A stretch of 64,000 bases of DNA from an uncultured bacterium (GCA_963716985.1 OY970323.1:1312001-1376000), one strand, 5' to 3'; counted from the first letter of the stretch, positions 20,305-30,576 are shown. Program-made: numbers and translations. Notes: a model not told the origin generated them from the letters alone.

Positions 20305-20523
20305 TTATTTTCTTCGAGGAGCTTCGGCCCAACGAATTCCAATCTTCCTCCAGATCACTGCCATATAAATAGCAGAGGCTCCGAAAAGGAAATAAATAAG
20401 CCTATCGACCCATTCTTTTCCAAACAGGTAGAAAACTAAATTGAACTCAAAAACACCCCAAAGACCCCAGTTAACGCCAGCAAAGATCAGCATGGCGAGA
20501 ATTAATTGATCTAATTTGCTCAT
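20305..20523 (-). CDS. DUF378 domain small membrane protein
   Basis: AGVNWGLWGVFEFNLVFYLFG..RLIYFLFGASAIY; GAGG SD. Confidence 0.85.
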   Translation of the reverse strand: MSKLDQLILAMLIFAGVNWGLWGVFEFNLVFYLFGKEWVDRLIYFLFGASAIYMAVIWRKIGIRWAEAPRRK

Positions 20524-20658
20524 GAACGCCTCACTTAAGTGTAATTTACTACAATTATTATTATTAACAGTTAAAATTTTATTTATCAACGATAAACTTT
20601 TTTTGTTAAAAAGGCAATGAAGCCTCTTTTGTCATTCAAGTCGCTAAAAATAAGTTGT

Positions 20659-20877
20659 TTATTTCTTTGCCCGACCGAACCAATTGAGTTGATATACTTT
20701 CCACGCAATCGTTGCATAAATGGCTGCCACGGCCAGTAGAAAATAAATAAAACGCTCAAGCCAGATTTGTCCAAAGATATAATGTACGATATTTATATCC
20801 CAAATGCCCCACAAACCCCAGTTCAGCCCAGCGATAATGAGCAGAGCTGAAGCTATGATATCTACAATTTTTTTCAT
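20659..20877 (-). CDS. DUF378 domain small membrane protein
   Basis: AGLNWGLWGIWDINIVHYIFG..RFIYFLLAVAAIY; GGAG SD. Confidence 0.85.
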   Translation of the reverse strand: MKKIVDIIASALLIIAGLNWGLWGIWDINIVHYIFGQIWLERFIYFLLAVAAIYATIAWKVYQLNWFGRAKK

Positions 20878-21003
20878 ATATAAACTCCTCCAATAAAGTA
20901 AGGTAATTATCTTACCTAGTCTCAAAAAATGAATTTCATTGCAAGGTTTTTTTTCCAACAAAATGAAAATTCGATTATAATTGCCAAAAAACAGGGAATC
21001 CCG

Positions 21004-22287
21004 ATGAACATTCCTCTAGCTGAGCTCCTGCGCCCTCAATCTCTGCATGAAGTCGTCGGACACAAACAACTTCTTACAAATGAAGGGTTTTTAAAAGAAT
21101 CCATGGAACGGAAAAAACCCCTCTCTCTTCTTCTTCATGGCCCTCCCGGATGCGGAAAGACCACGCTGGCGAAAATCTATGCAAGCTCTTTTCCCCTGCC
21201 GTGGATTCAAATCAGCGCTGTTTTTAGCGGAATCGCTGAGATCAAAAAAATCGTTCAGGACGCCAAAGAAAACCCGCTCTTTCAAAGACAGGTGATCCTA
21301 TTCGTCAATGAAATCCATCGCTTCAATAAAGCACAGCAAGATGCTTTTCTCCCCTATGTGGAAAATGGAACGATCGTCTTGATCGGAGCAACCACTGAAA
21401 ACCCCTCTTTCGCCCTCAACAATGCTCTATTGTCAAGACTTCGCATCTTAACCCTTTCTCCATTAGAAACGAAAGATTTGGAAACCATTCTTTCTCGATA
21501 TGAAGAACGCATAGCACCCCTGCCCATGACTCCGGAAGCAAAAGACTTTCTCATTGCGTCCTCTCATGGAGATGCCAGGCACCTTCTTAATATGATCGAA
21601 AACGTAGAAGGAAAAAAAGAAACGCTCGATCTTGCAAAAATCACAACGCTCCTTCAAAAAAAAGCGCCTCTCTACGACAAACATGACGATCATCACTACA
21701 ATCTCATATCTGTTCTTCACAAAGCCGTTCGCAGTTCGGATGCGGATGCGGCCCTCTATTGGCTTGCACGAATGTTCGATGGAGGAGAGGATCCGCTTTT
21801 CATCGCAAGACGATTGATCCGCATGGCAAGCGAAGACGTAGGACTTGCCGACCCAAATGCTTTGCATATCGCCCACTTGGCCTGGCAAACCTACCATCTC
21901 TTGGGCTCTCCCGAAGGAGAGTTGGCCATTGCACAAGCAGTGCTCTATCTAGCGCTCTCGCCTAAAAGCAATGCTCTCTACATGGCTATGAATACCGCCA
22001 AAGAAAGCGCCCAAAAAGATTCCCATCTCCCGCCTCCAAAATTCGCTTTAAATGCGCCCACTTCCTTAATGAAAGAAATGGGCTACTCTGACGGGTATCT
22101 TTACGACCATGACACAAAAGATTGCTGTTCGGGACAAAACTACTTTCCGGAAGGGTTGGAGCGCATTTCCTTTTATCGCCCCGTAGACAGAGGCTTTGAA
22201 AGAGAATTAAAAAAACGCGTTCACTATTTTGATTCCTTCCGGACAAAATCTAGCGGCTCTCTCCCCTCTTCGGAAAAAGAGATTTAA
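21004..22287 (+). CDS. rarA: replication-associated recombination protein A (MgsA/RarA)
   Basis: PLAELLRP, GPPGCGKTT, HRFNKAQQD, GATTENPSF, ASEDVGLADP, GYLYDHD. Confidence 0.95.
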   Translation: MNIPLAELLRPQSLHEVVGHKQLLTNEGFLKESMERKKPLSLLLHGPPGCGKTTLAKIYASSFPLPWIQISAVFSGIAEIKKIVQDAKENPLFQRQVILFVNEIHRFNKAQQDAFLPYVENGTIVLIGATTENPSFALNNALLSRLRILTLSPLETKDLETILSRYEERIAPLPMTPEAKDFLIASSHGDARHLLNMIENVEGKKETLDLAKITTLLQKKAPLYDKHDDHHYNLISVLHKAVRSSDADAALYWLARMFDGGEDPLFIARRLIRMASEDVGLADPNALHIAHLAWQTYHLLGSPEGELAIAQAVLYLALSPKSNALYMAMNTAKESAQKDSHLPPPKFALNAPTSLMKEMGYSDGYLYDHDTKDCCSGQNYFPEGLERISFYRPVDRGFERELKKRVHYFDSFRTKSSGSLPSSEKEI

Positions 22288-23062
22288 GGTCGCCCTCAAA
22301 AGAAAAAAGCTTTTGTTTTTCTTTCGGCTGCTCCATTGAAGACTTTTCCTTGCCCTGGTAAATGCCATGTTTCGAAATGAAAACCTTCAACTGGCCCGCC
22401 TCATCCATGACCATCATGCCGCTGGGCTTCCCGCCATGAATTAAAACACCCTCTTCCCCACTCTCTCCGGCCACTAACAGGTGAGGCACTTTTTCCAAAA
22501 GACCAAACACGGCTCCGGGAAGATCGCTCTGGTCATAAAAGGCAAGACCGGGTTTGTCTCCCCCGCGCAGAATAGCCGAGACCATTCCATTCGACTTTGC
22601 GAGTCCGAATCCACAACCGCCTTCTTGAAATAAAGACCAAGAACCGACAACGGCTTCTTGCGGAGTTTTCAAATAAATTGCAGGAAGAGTTCCCCCTTTG
22701 ATCTCCAAACGATTGGCGTTATGCTCGTCATTGAGTAAAATTTGTGCCTCTTCGTGAGCATTCACCAAAAGAGAAGCCAAGGGAACTCCCTGCTCATTGC
22801 ATAGGGCAACCATAGGCTCTTTCCCGCCTTTCAGCGAAAGCGTGACATTTCCCGACTCGTCCAAAAAGCGAATTTGCGCTTTTCCGTCAAAAAAACCAAT
22901 TTCGATTTTCTCTTTTTGATCCGCAGAAAGGATGCTCATTTTTTCCGCTTCTATGCGAGAAGGGCTATTCTCATTGAGGCCCATCAGAACAAGCCCGACA
23001 AAGAGGGCCATATTCACGATGGGAAAAACATTGCGCGCGGCGACGCTCCAAAAATTTTTCAT
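22250..23062 (-). CDS. membrane-anchored hypothetical protein with short beta-strand repeats
   Basis: N-terminal TM helix; recurring units such as FLDESG, CNEQG, FYDQSD and MDEAG. Confidence 0.65.
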   Translation of the reverse strand: MKNFWSVAARNVFPIVNMALFVGLVLMGLNENSPSRIEAEKMSILSADQKEKIEIGFFDGKAQIRFLDESGNVTLSLKGGKEPMVALCNEQGVPLASLLVNAHEEAQILLNDEHNANRLEIKGGTLPAIYLKTPQEAVVGSWSLFQEGGCGFGLAKSNGMVSAILRGGDKPGLAFYDQSDLPGAVFGLLEKVPHLLVAGESGEEGVLIHGGKPSGMMVMDEAGQLKVFISKHGIYQGKEKSSMEQPKEKQKLFSFEGDLKSLFPKRGESR

Positions 23063-23244
23063 AAAAAACTTCCTTTTCCTTTTATCAAAACATTTCTCTA
23101 CATTATACTATTGCCAACTTAAGTCAATATTTCTTAAGTTTTTTCAACAAGATCGATTGGAACGCAATAGAAAAATCTTCAGCCATAAAATCTTTGCACA
23201 TTAATTTCGCTTCCAAGGATAATTAAGAAAAAGGGATTTTTTTC

Positions 23245-23691
23245 GTGAATTCTTCAAACGACCTTATTTCTAATCGCAAGGCGTTTCATGATTATGAAAT
23301 CTTAGAAGCCTTTGAGGCCGGCATGGTCTTGCTTGGAACGGAAGTAAAATCCTTGAAAGGGCATGAGGGATCTTTGCAAGACGCATACGTCATCGCACGA
23401 GGGGGCGAACTTTTCCTCTTGAATGCCAGCATCCCTCCTTATCGTCTAGGAACGCATGAAAACCATGAAGAAAGAAGAGAGCGTAAGTTACTCATGCATT
23501 CTTACGAAATTGAAAAGATTAAAAAACTTACCCAGGAAAAAGGGATGACCATTGTCCCTTTAGCCATTTATCTCAAAAAGGGAAGAATCAAGATTCGCAT
23601 TGCGGTCGCAAAAGGAAAAAAAAGCTACGATAAGCGCGCCGCCCTCAAGGAAAAGGCAGAGAAGAAAGAAATCAGCAAAATCTATCGTTAA
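23245..23691 (+). CDS. smpB: SsrA-binding protein
   Basis: NRKAFHDY, EAGMVLLGTEVKSL, RKLLMH, KGKKSYDKR. Confidence 0.96.
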   Translation: MNSSNDLISNRKAFHDYEILEAFEAGMVLLGTEVKSLKGHEGSLQDAYVIARGGELFLLNASIPPYRLGTHENHEERRERKLLMHSYEIEKIKKLTQEKGMTIVPLAIYLKKGRIKIRIAVAKGKKSYDKRAALKEKAEKKEISKIYR

Positions 23692-23765
23692 ATCCTTGAC
23701 AGCTCGCAAAAGAATCTTCTATCGTTGTAAAATAATTGCGATTCAATTTTTCAAGGGATGGGTTT

Positions 23766-24914
23766 ATGAAAATTGTAATTTCCAAAACAGATCTTATCGC
23801 CCTATGTAGCAAACTGCAAAGCATTGTCGCCAACAAGCCTGCGATTCCCATCCTTGCCAATGTTCTTCTAGAAGCCTATGACGACCAGCTTGTTTTGAGT
23901 GCAACAGACCTCACAACCAGCATGCGCTCCTACTGCAGCGCCAAGGTAATCGAAGAAGGGGCAATTGCCCTTCCCGCCAGACGATTTTTTCAATTGGTCC
24001 GCGAATTGACAACATCCCAAATCAAAATCAGCGCCTCTTCTTTCGATTTCGCTGAAATCACATCGGGAAGCTCTTCCTTTAAAATTCACGGAATGAACAA
24101 AAATGAATTTCCAACCCTTCCCAATCTCACCGGAGCTCTGCAGTTCTCCATTTCTCCTAGTCTTTTAAAGGAACTTCTGGCGCGATCTTCTTTTTCCGTC
24201 TCACGCGAAGAAAACCGCTATTTCCTCAACGGCATACTTTTGCAGATTGCCAATCAAACGGCCACCTTCATTGGAACCGATGGAAAGCGTTTGGCAAAGA
24301 CCTGGACCAAAATCTCTTCCGATGCCTCCTTTCAAGGAGCTTATATCATTCCGCTCAAAGCCGTCGAAGAGATGGGAAAGATGCTCGAAGAATCTGAAAA
24401 AGAAGCAACTCTTAGTTTAACCCACGACAAGGTCTTCCTGGAATATAACAACACTCTTCTGATCACAAAGCTTTTAACGGGCCAATATCCCGATGTGGAG
24501 AGGGCCATTCCCCCAAATCCCGCCCTTTCGCTGACGTTGCATCGAGAAGAGCTGATGGTTCTTTTGCGGCAGGTCTCGCTCTTCACCTCTGAGACCAGCG
24601 CTTCGATCCGCTTTATTTTTACCAATGGGCAGCTCCAGCTCAATGCAGCCAGCAACGAAATTGGCGAAGGAAATGTCATTATGCCCGTCGATTACGCAGG
24701 TGAAAAATTAGAAATTGCGTTCAACCCCCACTATTTCCTCGACATCTTGCGCCACAGCAAAGATGAAACCGTTCGATTTTCCTTCACCGACTCTTATACC
24801 CCAGGCCTTCTTTCCGACGCCTCCTCTGCCCTTTTCGCCATTATGCCGATGAGGCTGATGGATCCATCTCCAACCGGCAGTGAGCATGATATTAAAAAAC
24901 CTGCTTTTGCATAA
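23766..24914 (+). CDS. dnaN: DNA polymerase III beta sliding clamp
   Basis: IPILANVLL, ATDL, TDGKRLA, YPD, IAFNPHYF, IMPMRL. Confidence 0.96.
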   Translation: MKIVISKTDLIALCSKLQSIVANKPAIPILANVLLEAYDDQLVLSATDLTTSMRSYCSAKVIEEGAIALPARRFFQLVRELTTSQIKISASSFDFAEITSGSSSFKIHGMNKNEFPTLPNLTGALQFSISPSLLKELLARSSFSVSREENRYFLNGILLQIANQTATFIGTDGKRLAKTWTKISSDASFQGAYIIPLKAVEEMGKMLEESEKEATLSLTHDKVFLEYNNTLLITKLLTGQYPDVERAIPPNPALSLTLHREELMVLLRQVSLFTSETSASIRFIFTNGQLQLNAASNEIGEGNVIMPVDYAGEKLEIAFNPHYFLDILRHSKDETVRFSFTDSYTPGLLSDASSALFAIMPMRLMDPSPTGSEHDIKKPAFA

Positions 24915-25956
24915 TTTTCGCAATTATGAGCAGCTAAGCGTCTCCTTTCATCCTCGCATCAATGCTTTTTGCGGAGGAAACGGACAGGGGAAAACAAATC
25001 TTCTCGAAGCCATTTATCTTCTCAGCACCGGAAGATCTTTTCGAAGCAGCCATTTGCAAGAGCTCATTTCTAAAAGCAAAAACTTTTTCTATATTGAAGC
25101 TGAAGTCCATAAAGATGGCTTGGATCAAATACTTTCTCTTTACTACGATGGCAAGGAAAAAAAAATTTGCCACCAAAAAAATCTGTGCAGCAGTTTTTCT
25201 TCTCTTCTGGGCCTCCTGCCCTCTATCCTTCATGCACCTGATGATCGCGACCTTCTCTCGGGAGCTCCTTCGATCCGCCGCCGCTTTTTAAACATCCACT
25301 TAAGCCAAGAGGATCCACTCTATACCCATCACCTCTTTCGCTTTGCATCTGCGCTCAAACAGAGAAACTTTCTTTTGAAAACAAAAAACACCAAGACAAT
25401 CTCTCCTTGGGAAGAAGAGCTGGCCATTTCTGCTATTTACCTCATGGAAAAAAGAAGCCGTCTGCTCCAAGAGCTGGACGGATTTCTTCCGACCTATCTC
25501 TCTCTGCTTGCCCAAGACGAAGAGATCTCTCTTCGCTATCTCCCCTCTTTTTCCCAAGATCCTCCGCTTTTTGAAAACTACTTAAAACTCTTAGAGAAAA
25601 ACCGGGCTAAAGAACTTTATTTTGGCGCCACACTCATCGGACCCCATCGCGATGATTGGATGCTCGCCTTTCAACAAAAACAAGCCTCTACCTATGCAAG
25701 CGAGGGGCAAAAAAAATCCTTTCTTCTCGCGCTGCGTTTGTCCGAATGGAAACGTCTTTCGCAAAAATTGGGAGAACCTATCTTGATGAATCTAGACGAT
25801 GCGGCCATTCACTTAGACGCCGTAAGACAATCTCTTTTAAAGCCCCTTCTGTCCCAGTTGGCCCAAGTCTTTTTTACCTCTCCCAGTCCCCTATTCGAAG
25901 AAAAGGATCTCTTGCAAACCTACTTCATTGAAAAGGGAACGATTCGCAGGGCCTAA
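24880..25956 (+). CDS. recF: DNA replication and repair protein RecF
   Basis: NFRNY, GGNGQGKTNLLEAI, GPHRDD, ASEGQ. Confidence 0.95.
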   Translation: MSMILKNLLLHNFRNYEQLSVSFHPRINAFCGGNGQGKTNLLEAIYLLSTGRSFRSSHLQELISKSKNFFYIEAEVHKDGLDQILSLYYDGKEKKICHQKNLCSSFSSLLGLLPSILHAPDDRDLLSGAPSIRRRFLNIHLSQEDPLYTHHLFRFASALKQRNFLLKTKNTKTISPWEEELAISAIYLMEKRSRLLQELDGFLPTYLSLLAQDEEISLRYLPSFSQDPPLFENYLKLLEKNRAKELYFGATLIGPHRDDWMLAFQQKQASTYASEGQKKSFLLALRLSEWKRLSQKLGEPILMNLDDAAIHLDAVRQSLLKPLLSQLAQVFFTSPSPLFEEKDLLQTYFIEKGTIRRA

Positions 25957-25987
25957 TTCTTTTTCTTAAAAAAACCAAGGGCCGTTT

Positions 25988-27562
25988 TTAAAGAAGATCT
26001 TCCATCAGCTCGAAGTAGCCATCTGCCAAAGGAAAAGGAGGCGCCGCGGGAGGCTCTCTTCTCGAGCGAAACGCTTCCGTCATCTCTTGGGATAGTTTTT
26101 TTCCAAGCTGAACGCCCTCTTGGTCAAAGGAGTTAATGCCCCAAATGAATCCTTGAAATGCAATTTTATGTTCAAAATAGGAAAGAAGCGCTCCCATACG
26201 ATAGGAGTCTAGCATTTCGGTCAAAAGAAGGTGGCTCGGACGATTTCCTAAAAAGAGCCGGTTGGGGTTTTCGCTCTTTTGACCCACTGCAAGCGCAATC
26301 ATTTGAGCAAAGAGATTGGACAGAAGTTTTTCTTGCGAAAAGGTTCCTTTCTGCAACAAATCATCCCCATATTGACTTTTGATCGACCCGATGAACGCAA
26401 GAGGAACGACTTCGCACCCCTGATGGAGAAATTGGAAAAAAGAGTGCTGGCTGTCGGTTCCGACATCTCCAAAGAGAATTTCGCCTGCTGCAAAATCCAA
26501 AAGCCTCCCTTTTTTATCGATCTGCTTGCCATTGGACTCCATATCAAGCTGCTGTAAATGGGCAGGCAGATAGCGAAGTGCGTGCACATAGGGAATCACC
26601 CCGATGGCCGCATGGTGCAAAAAATTGCGATTCCATATGCCAAGCAGAGCTCCCATCAGAGGAAGATTTTCCACGTCCGAAGAAGATCTTGCCACCCGGT
26701 CCATCATTTGCGCTCCCTCTAAGAGCTCCCAATAAATATCAAAACCCAAAGACAAACTCAGCAAAACACCTCCAACCATCGAAGTGGCTGAATATCTCCC
26801 GCCGATGAAATCCCAAATGGTAAAAATGGCATGGTAGCGCGAGGGATTGTCCATCGGACTATTTTTTCCCGTAATCGCAAGAAAATGATCTCTCGAATCC
26901 AGCCCTTCTTTCTCAAAAGCCGTTCGTATTCTTTCTTCATTTACCAATGTCTCTAAAGTCGTGCCCGATTTGGAAACTGAGATGAAGAGAGATTGGGACA
27001 AATGCACGCATTGCAGAACTCTTGCCGCACAATCGGGATCGATATTGGACAAAAAATGAACGCGTACGGTCTTTTTTTGATAGACGCAAAGTGCCTCATA
27101 GATTGCCTTTGGGCCAAGAGAAGATCCCCCAATTCCGATTTGAATGATGTCGGTAATTTCCCTCTCTTCTACGCTCTCTACATACCTTTCTAGCTTTTCT
27201 ACCTCTTTATAAGCCTCCCTGCGGGCAAAATCAGCTTCTGCGGAGGTCAGAGGATCTTTAAAAAAATCACGCGTGGCCGTATGCAATGCAGCCCTTTTTT
27301 CACTCTCGCAGCCCTCGACTTGATTGACGATTTTTCCTTCCTGCATCGACACCATAGAGTCCAAAGCCCTTGTCTCTATCGCCAAATCCAAAAGAGCCTC
27401 TACTATCTGTTCATCGACCCTCTCGGTTGCATAGGAAAGCTTCCATCCGGCATTCCGGGCCTGCATCCGTTCAATACGCCCTTGGGTCATCTGCGTCGTT
27501 AAATCAGGAGGTTTTTGGCTCAACGCCCGAAGTTCGTTGAAACTTTTGCACTTGGAAAACAT
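25988..27562 (-). CDS. pgi: glucose-6-phosphate isomerase
   Basis: IGIGGSSLGP, SKSGTTLET, GGRYS, QQLDMESNGK, QHSFFQ, INSFDQEGVQLGK. Confidence 0.96.
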   Translation of the reverse strand: MFSKCKSFNELRALSQKPPDLTTQMTQGRIERMQARNAGWKLSYATERVDEQIVEALLDLAIETRALDSMVSMQEGKIVNQVEGCESEKRAALHTATRDFFKDPLTSAEADFARREAYKEVEKLERYVESVEEREITDIIQIGIGGSSLGPKAIYEALCVYQKKTVRVHFLSNIDPDCAARVLQCVHLSQSLFISVSKSGTTLETLVNEERIRTAFEKEGLDSRDHFLAITGKNSPMDNPSRYHAIFTIWDFIGGRYSATSMVGGVLLSLSLGFDIYWELLEGAQMMDRVARSSSDVENLPLMGALLGIWNRNFLHHAAIGVIPYVHALRYLPAHLQQLDMESNGKQIDKKGRLLDFAAGEILFGDVGTDSQHSFFQFLHQGCEVVPLAFIGSIKSQYGDDLLQKGTFSQEKLLSNLFAQMIALAVGQKSENPNRLFLGNRPSHLLLTEMLDSYRMGALLSYFEHKIAFQGFIWGINSFDQEGVQLGKKLSQEMTEAFRSRREPPAAPPFPLADGYFELMEDLL

Positions 27563-27696
27563 AGAAGCTCCTTATGATAGGATCAATGTACTCCTACAAT
27601 GACACAAAAATTTCTTCTATACAAGAGTGGTTTTCCTTGCGACTTTTTGATTGATCAAAAGAACTGTTTGGGGCTAACATAGATTTGTTTTTTATG

Positions 27697-27771
27697 CGGG
27701 GCATAGCGCAGTTTGGCTAGCGCGGCTGGTTTGGGACCAGTAGGTCGGGGGTTCAAATCCCTCTGCCCCGA
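27697..27771 (+). tRNA. tRNA-Pro(TGG)
   Basis: CGGGGCA/TGCCCCG acceptor stem; anticodon arm CTGGT-TTGGG-ACCAG; TTCAAAT T-loop; CCA not encoded. Confidence 0.95.
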
Positions 27772-27776
27772 TACTT

Positions 27777-28811
27777 TTAGGACCTCTCTTTTTTCAATTC
27801 CTTTAGCAAGTTATAAAGAATTTTTTTCTGAACGTCAGAGATATTGGGATCTTTCAAAGCCTTCGCTCCCTCTTTGACACTTTCTAGAAAAAAATCTCGC
27901 TGCAGCCGGTCATAATGGTTTTCAAATTCTTTTTGCGTCACGAAGGTGGTTTTTTCTCTCTCCACCCTTTGCAACTTAAGAAAAAGATGGGAAAGGACCT
28001 CTCTTGAAAAGGGGAGCAACATCTCTTCATATTCCTTTTCATGCTCCGACCATGTGGCAATGATTTGATCATCTGCAAGAAAATCAAAACCATCCAGCTC
28101 CTGCAAAAGCGCACTTTCTTCTTTTTCCCTAGCGGGAAGAAGGGACATGAGTCCCAGACGGGTTTCCATCCACACCTCATCATCTTCCTCTCTCTGACGC
28201 TCCATTCTCTCCCTTTCTCTTCGTGCACGTGCTCGTGCCTCGGCATCGGTCTGGTATACTGCGACAAAAACCAACAGCCTCGGGTCGAGGGCTCTGGCAT
28301 CTTGAATATCAACAGTCCAAGCATCGCGAAAAAACCGAAGCCAAGGTCGATGGATGGTCGCAATCTCCTTTTTTTCGCTAGGATCGCTAATGACAAACTT
28401 GGTGCCCCAAAAATCCATACGGGCAATTGCAACCAGCCGATTATCGGCATCAAAAATGCGATACTTGGCAGGCGATATCCAGGTAAAAAGCACCTCTTCA
28501 ATCCAACCGATTTCTTTCTCATGAGCATCAAATACATGAGCCACCGTACCAAAGGAAAAGAATTCTGCAATGGCCCGTGCGATCTTTTCTTCTTTTGGGC
28601 CCTGATAATCAAAAGCCGTCGTCAGACTAAAAAGCCTCTTGGTGACCGAGCCGAGTTTTTTTGTATCTGTTTCAAGATCGAAAGTTTCTAATAGAGAAAT
28701 GATCCTCTCGGTAATGTAAAAACTTAAAGGAAGATCCTCGCCGGAATCGGCAACAAGAGGGCTGCAGACCGAAGATGTGGCCCATATCGCTCCAACTAGA
28801 AATTTCTTCAT
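27777..28811 (-). CDS. exported protein with LURP-one/scramblase (Tubby C-like) domain
   Basis: Signal peptide; G-x-V-x-K-R-L-F-S, IHRPWLRFFRDAWTVDI..LDPRLLV pattern; charged helical C-terminus. Confidence 0.6.
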   Translation of the reverse strand: MKKFLVGAIWATSSVCSPLVADSGEDLPLSFYITERIISLLETFDLETDTKKLGSVTKRLFSLTTAFDYQGPKEEKIARAIAEFFSFGTVAHVFDAHEKEIGWIEEVLFTWISPAKYRIFDADNRLVAIARMDFWGTKFVISDPSEKKEIATIHRPWLRFFRDAWTVDIQDARALDPRLLVFVAVYQTDAEARARARRERERMERQREEDDEVWMETRLGLMSLLPAREKEESALLQELDGFDFLADDQIIATWSEHEKEYEEMLLPFSREVLSHLFLKLQRVEREKTTFVTQKEFENHYDRLQRDFFLESVKEGAKALKDPNISDVQKKILYNLLKELKKERS

Positions 28812-29014
28812 GCATGTACCCTCCTCTCAAAACTCGTGGTGGATCGATTCGAAAAATTCCACACATTTCCTTAAAGCTTACGAAAAAACGATAGCACAAA
28901 AGAGAGTTCCAAAAAAGGATTTGATGCTTTTGGAAAAAGGACTCCTGACAAAAATCAGAGAAAAAGACTCGCGCAAAAACGATCAGACAGAAAACCGGAC
29001 TTAAAGCGCGTAGG

Positions 29015-29668
29015 TCAGATCGTTTTAACAAACTGCATATATCGAATGAACTTGCCTTTGTCTCTCCAAAGTCTTTCAAAAAAGGAAGATCCATAGGCGG
29101 GCCAATCCGTTATATAATAAGGCGCTGGAAATGATGACTGAAATGCCGCACATGCGCACATCTCTTGGGCGCTCAGCTCGCAATAACCCGGATCGTCCGT
29201 CACAAGGGTTGCTGTCCCCCCTATTTTCAATACCCGGGAAAGCTCATTTACGAACTTTTTTTGGATCAGGCGATGCTTACCATGGCGGCGTTTGGGCCAG
29301 GGGTCTGGAAAATTGACAAAAATTTCAGAAACGCTTTGATCGGGAAGATAGTGGAGCGTAAAGGTAAGGGCTTCCGCATAGACAACAAGAAGATTTTCCA
29401 GATTCATTTTGGACATCTTCTGCCAAATCTTACGCGCTCGCATCCATTTTTTCTCTACCGCGACCCAAAAAATGGAAGGATCTTTCAGAGATCTCTCCAA
29501 AATCCACTGTCCGTTGCCGCTACAATATTCAATCGCTACTTTTTTATCCGCAGGGAGGAGGGGGAACTGCTCAAAATGCTCCCTATCGTGCTGGGGAATA
29601 TAGAAAAGACGGTCCTGAAGAAAGGGCCTATTCTCTTGCCTTAAGTAAGAAATTGTCAAATGAGACAT
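29015..29668 (-). CDS. trmB: tRNA (guanine-N7)-methyltransferase
   Basis: IEYCSGNG, NFPDPWPKRRH, LVTDD. Confidence 0.93.
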   Translation of the reverse strand: MSHLTISYLRQENRPFLQDRLFYIPQHDREHFEQFPLLPADKKVAIEYCSGNGQWILERSLKDPSIFWVAVEKKWMRARKIWQKMSKMNLENLLVVYAEALTFTLHYLPDQSVSEIFVNFPDPWPKRRHGKHRLIQKKFVNELSRVLKIGGTATLVTDDPGYCELSAQEMCACAAFQSSFPAPYYITDWPAYGSSFFERLWRDKGKFIRYMQFVKTI

Positions 29669-29754
29669 AAGCAAATTTTTCAAAAGAACCTTGAACAATT
29701 CTACCCCAAAATGTAATTTTCAGATAATCAAATGAAAACTGGAGAAGAAAGAAC

Positions 29755-30567
29755 ATGAAACATCTCGTCAAAAAACTTTTAGCACTCTTCTGCCCTTTAT
29801 TTTTTTTATGTCTTCCTCTTCATCTATACAGTGAAGATGCAAAAGAGATAGGAATTGAAAAGTCGGGCATTTTTCAAGAGGCAAAAGCTCCTCTGAACGG
29901 AAAAACAATGATCAGCGCCCCGGAAGAATCGTCCCATGGCCTTTCTTCCCTCAACCTCAAAGAAATTTTTTCAGCCGCTCCCGTAATTTATACCGCACTC
30001 CTCCTTCTTTCCATCATCTCCTTCAGTCTTTGGTCCTATACACTTTTGACCTTTCGGGGAAAAGATGCCCTGCTCGGAAAAAGCGGAGAAGATCTTAAAA
30101 AGCTACTTCTGGAAAAAAAATACGATGCAGCGCTTGCTTTTTGCAATGCGCAAAAAAAATCGATCATCGCAAGACTTCTCCTGACAGCAATCTCTTCCCG
30201 CCACCATGGAGCCCAGTTTGCCGTCGAAGCAATGAAGGCTGAAGGAAAGCGGGTCACTTCCGGCACCTGGCAAAAGATTTCTCTTCTCAATGACATCGTC
30301 ATCGTATCTCCCATGCTCGGGCTTTTAGGAACCGTTCTGGGCATGTTCTATGCATTCTACGATCTGAACAGATCCGCAGAAACTCTTTCCACTCTCTTTG
30401 ACGGGCTGGGTATTGCAGTAGGATCCACAGTCGCCGGACTCATCGTAGCGATTCTCTCCATGCTTTTTGCGACAACTCTCAAATATCGAACAATGAAGGC
30501 GCTTTCAACAATCGAAAATGAAGCCATCTCTTTGAGCCATCCCATCTTTTCCAAAGACAACCTTTGA
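29755..30567 (+). CDS. exbB: MotA/TolQ/ExbB proton channel family protein
   Basis: SPMLGLLGTVLGM...GIAVGSTVAGLIVAI. Confidence 0.88.
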   Translation: MKHLVKKLLALFCPLFFLCLPLHLYSEDAKEIGIEKSGIFQEAKAPLNGKTMISAPEESSHGLSSLNLKEIFSAAPVIYTALLLLSIISFSLWSYTLLTFRGKDALLGKSGEDLKKLLLEKKYDAALAFCNAQKKSIIARLLLTAISSRHHGAQFAVEAMKAEGKRVTSGTWQKISLLNDIVIVSPMLGLLGTVLGMFYAFYDLNRSAETLSTLFDGLGIAVGSTVAGLIVAILSMLFATTLKYRTMKALSTIENEAISLSHPIFSKDNL

Positions 30568-30576
30568 GGTGAATGT

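Noticed and set aside
28777..29004. Small plus-strand ORF between the exported protein and trmB
   Set aside because: No SD or motif, and it overlaps the start region of the minus-strand gene. Unsupported.
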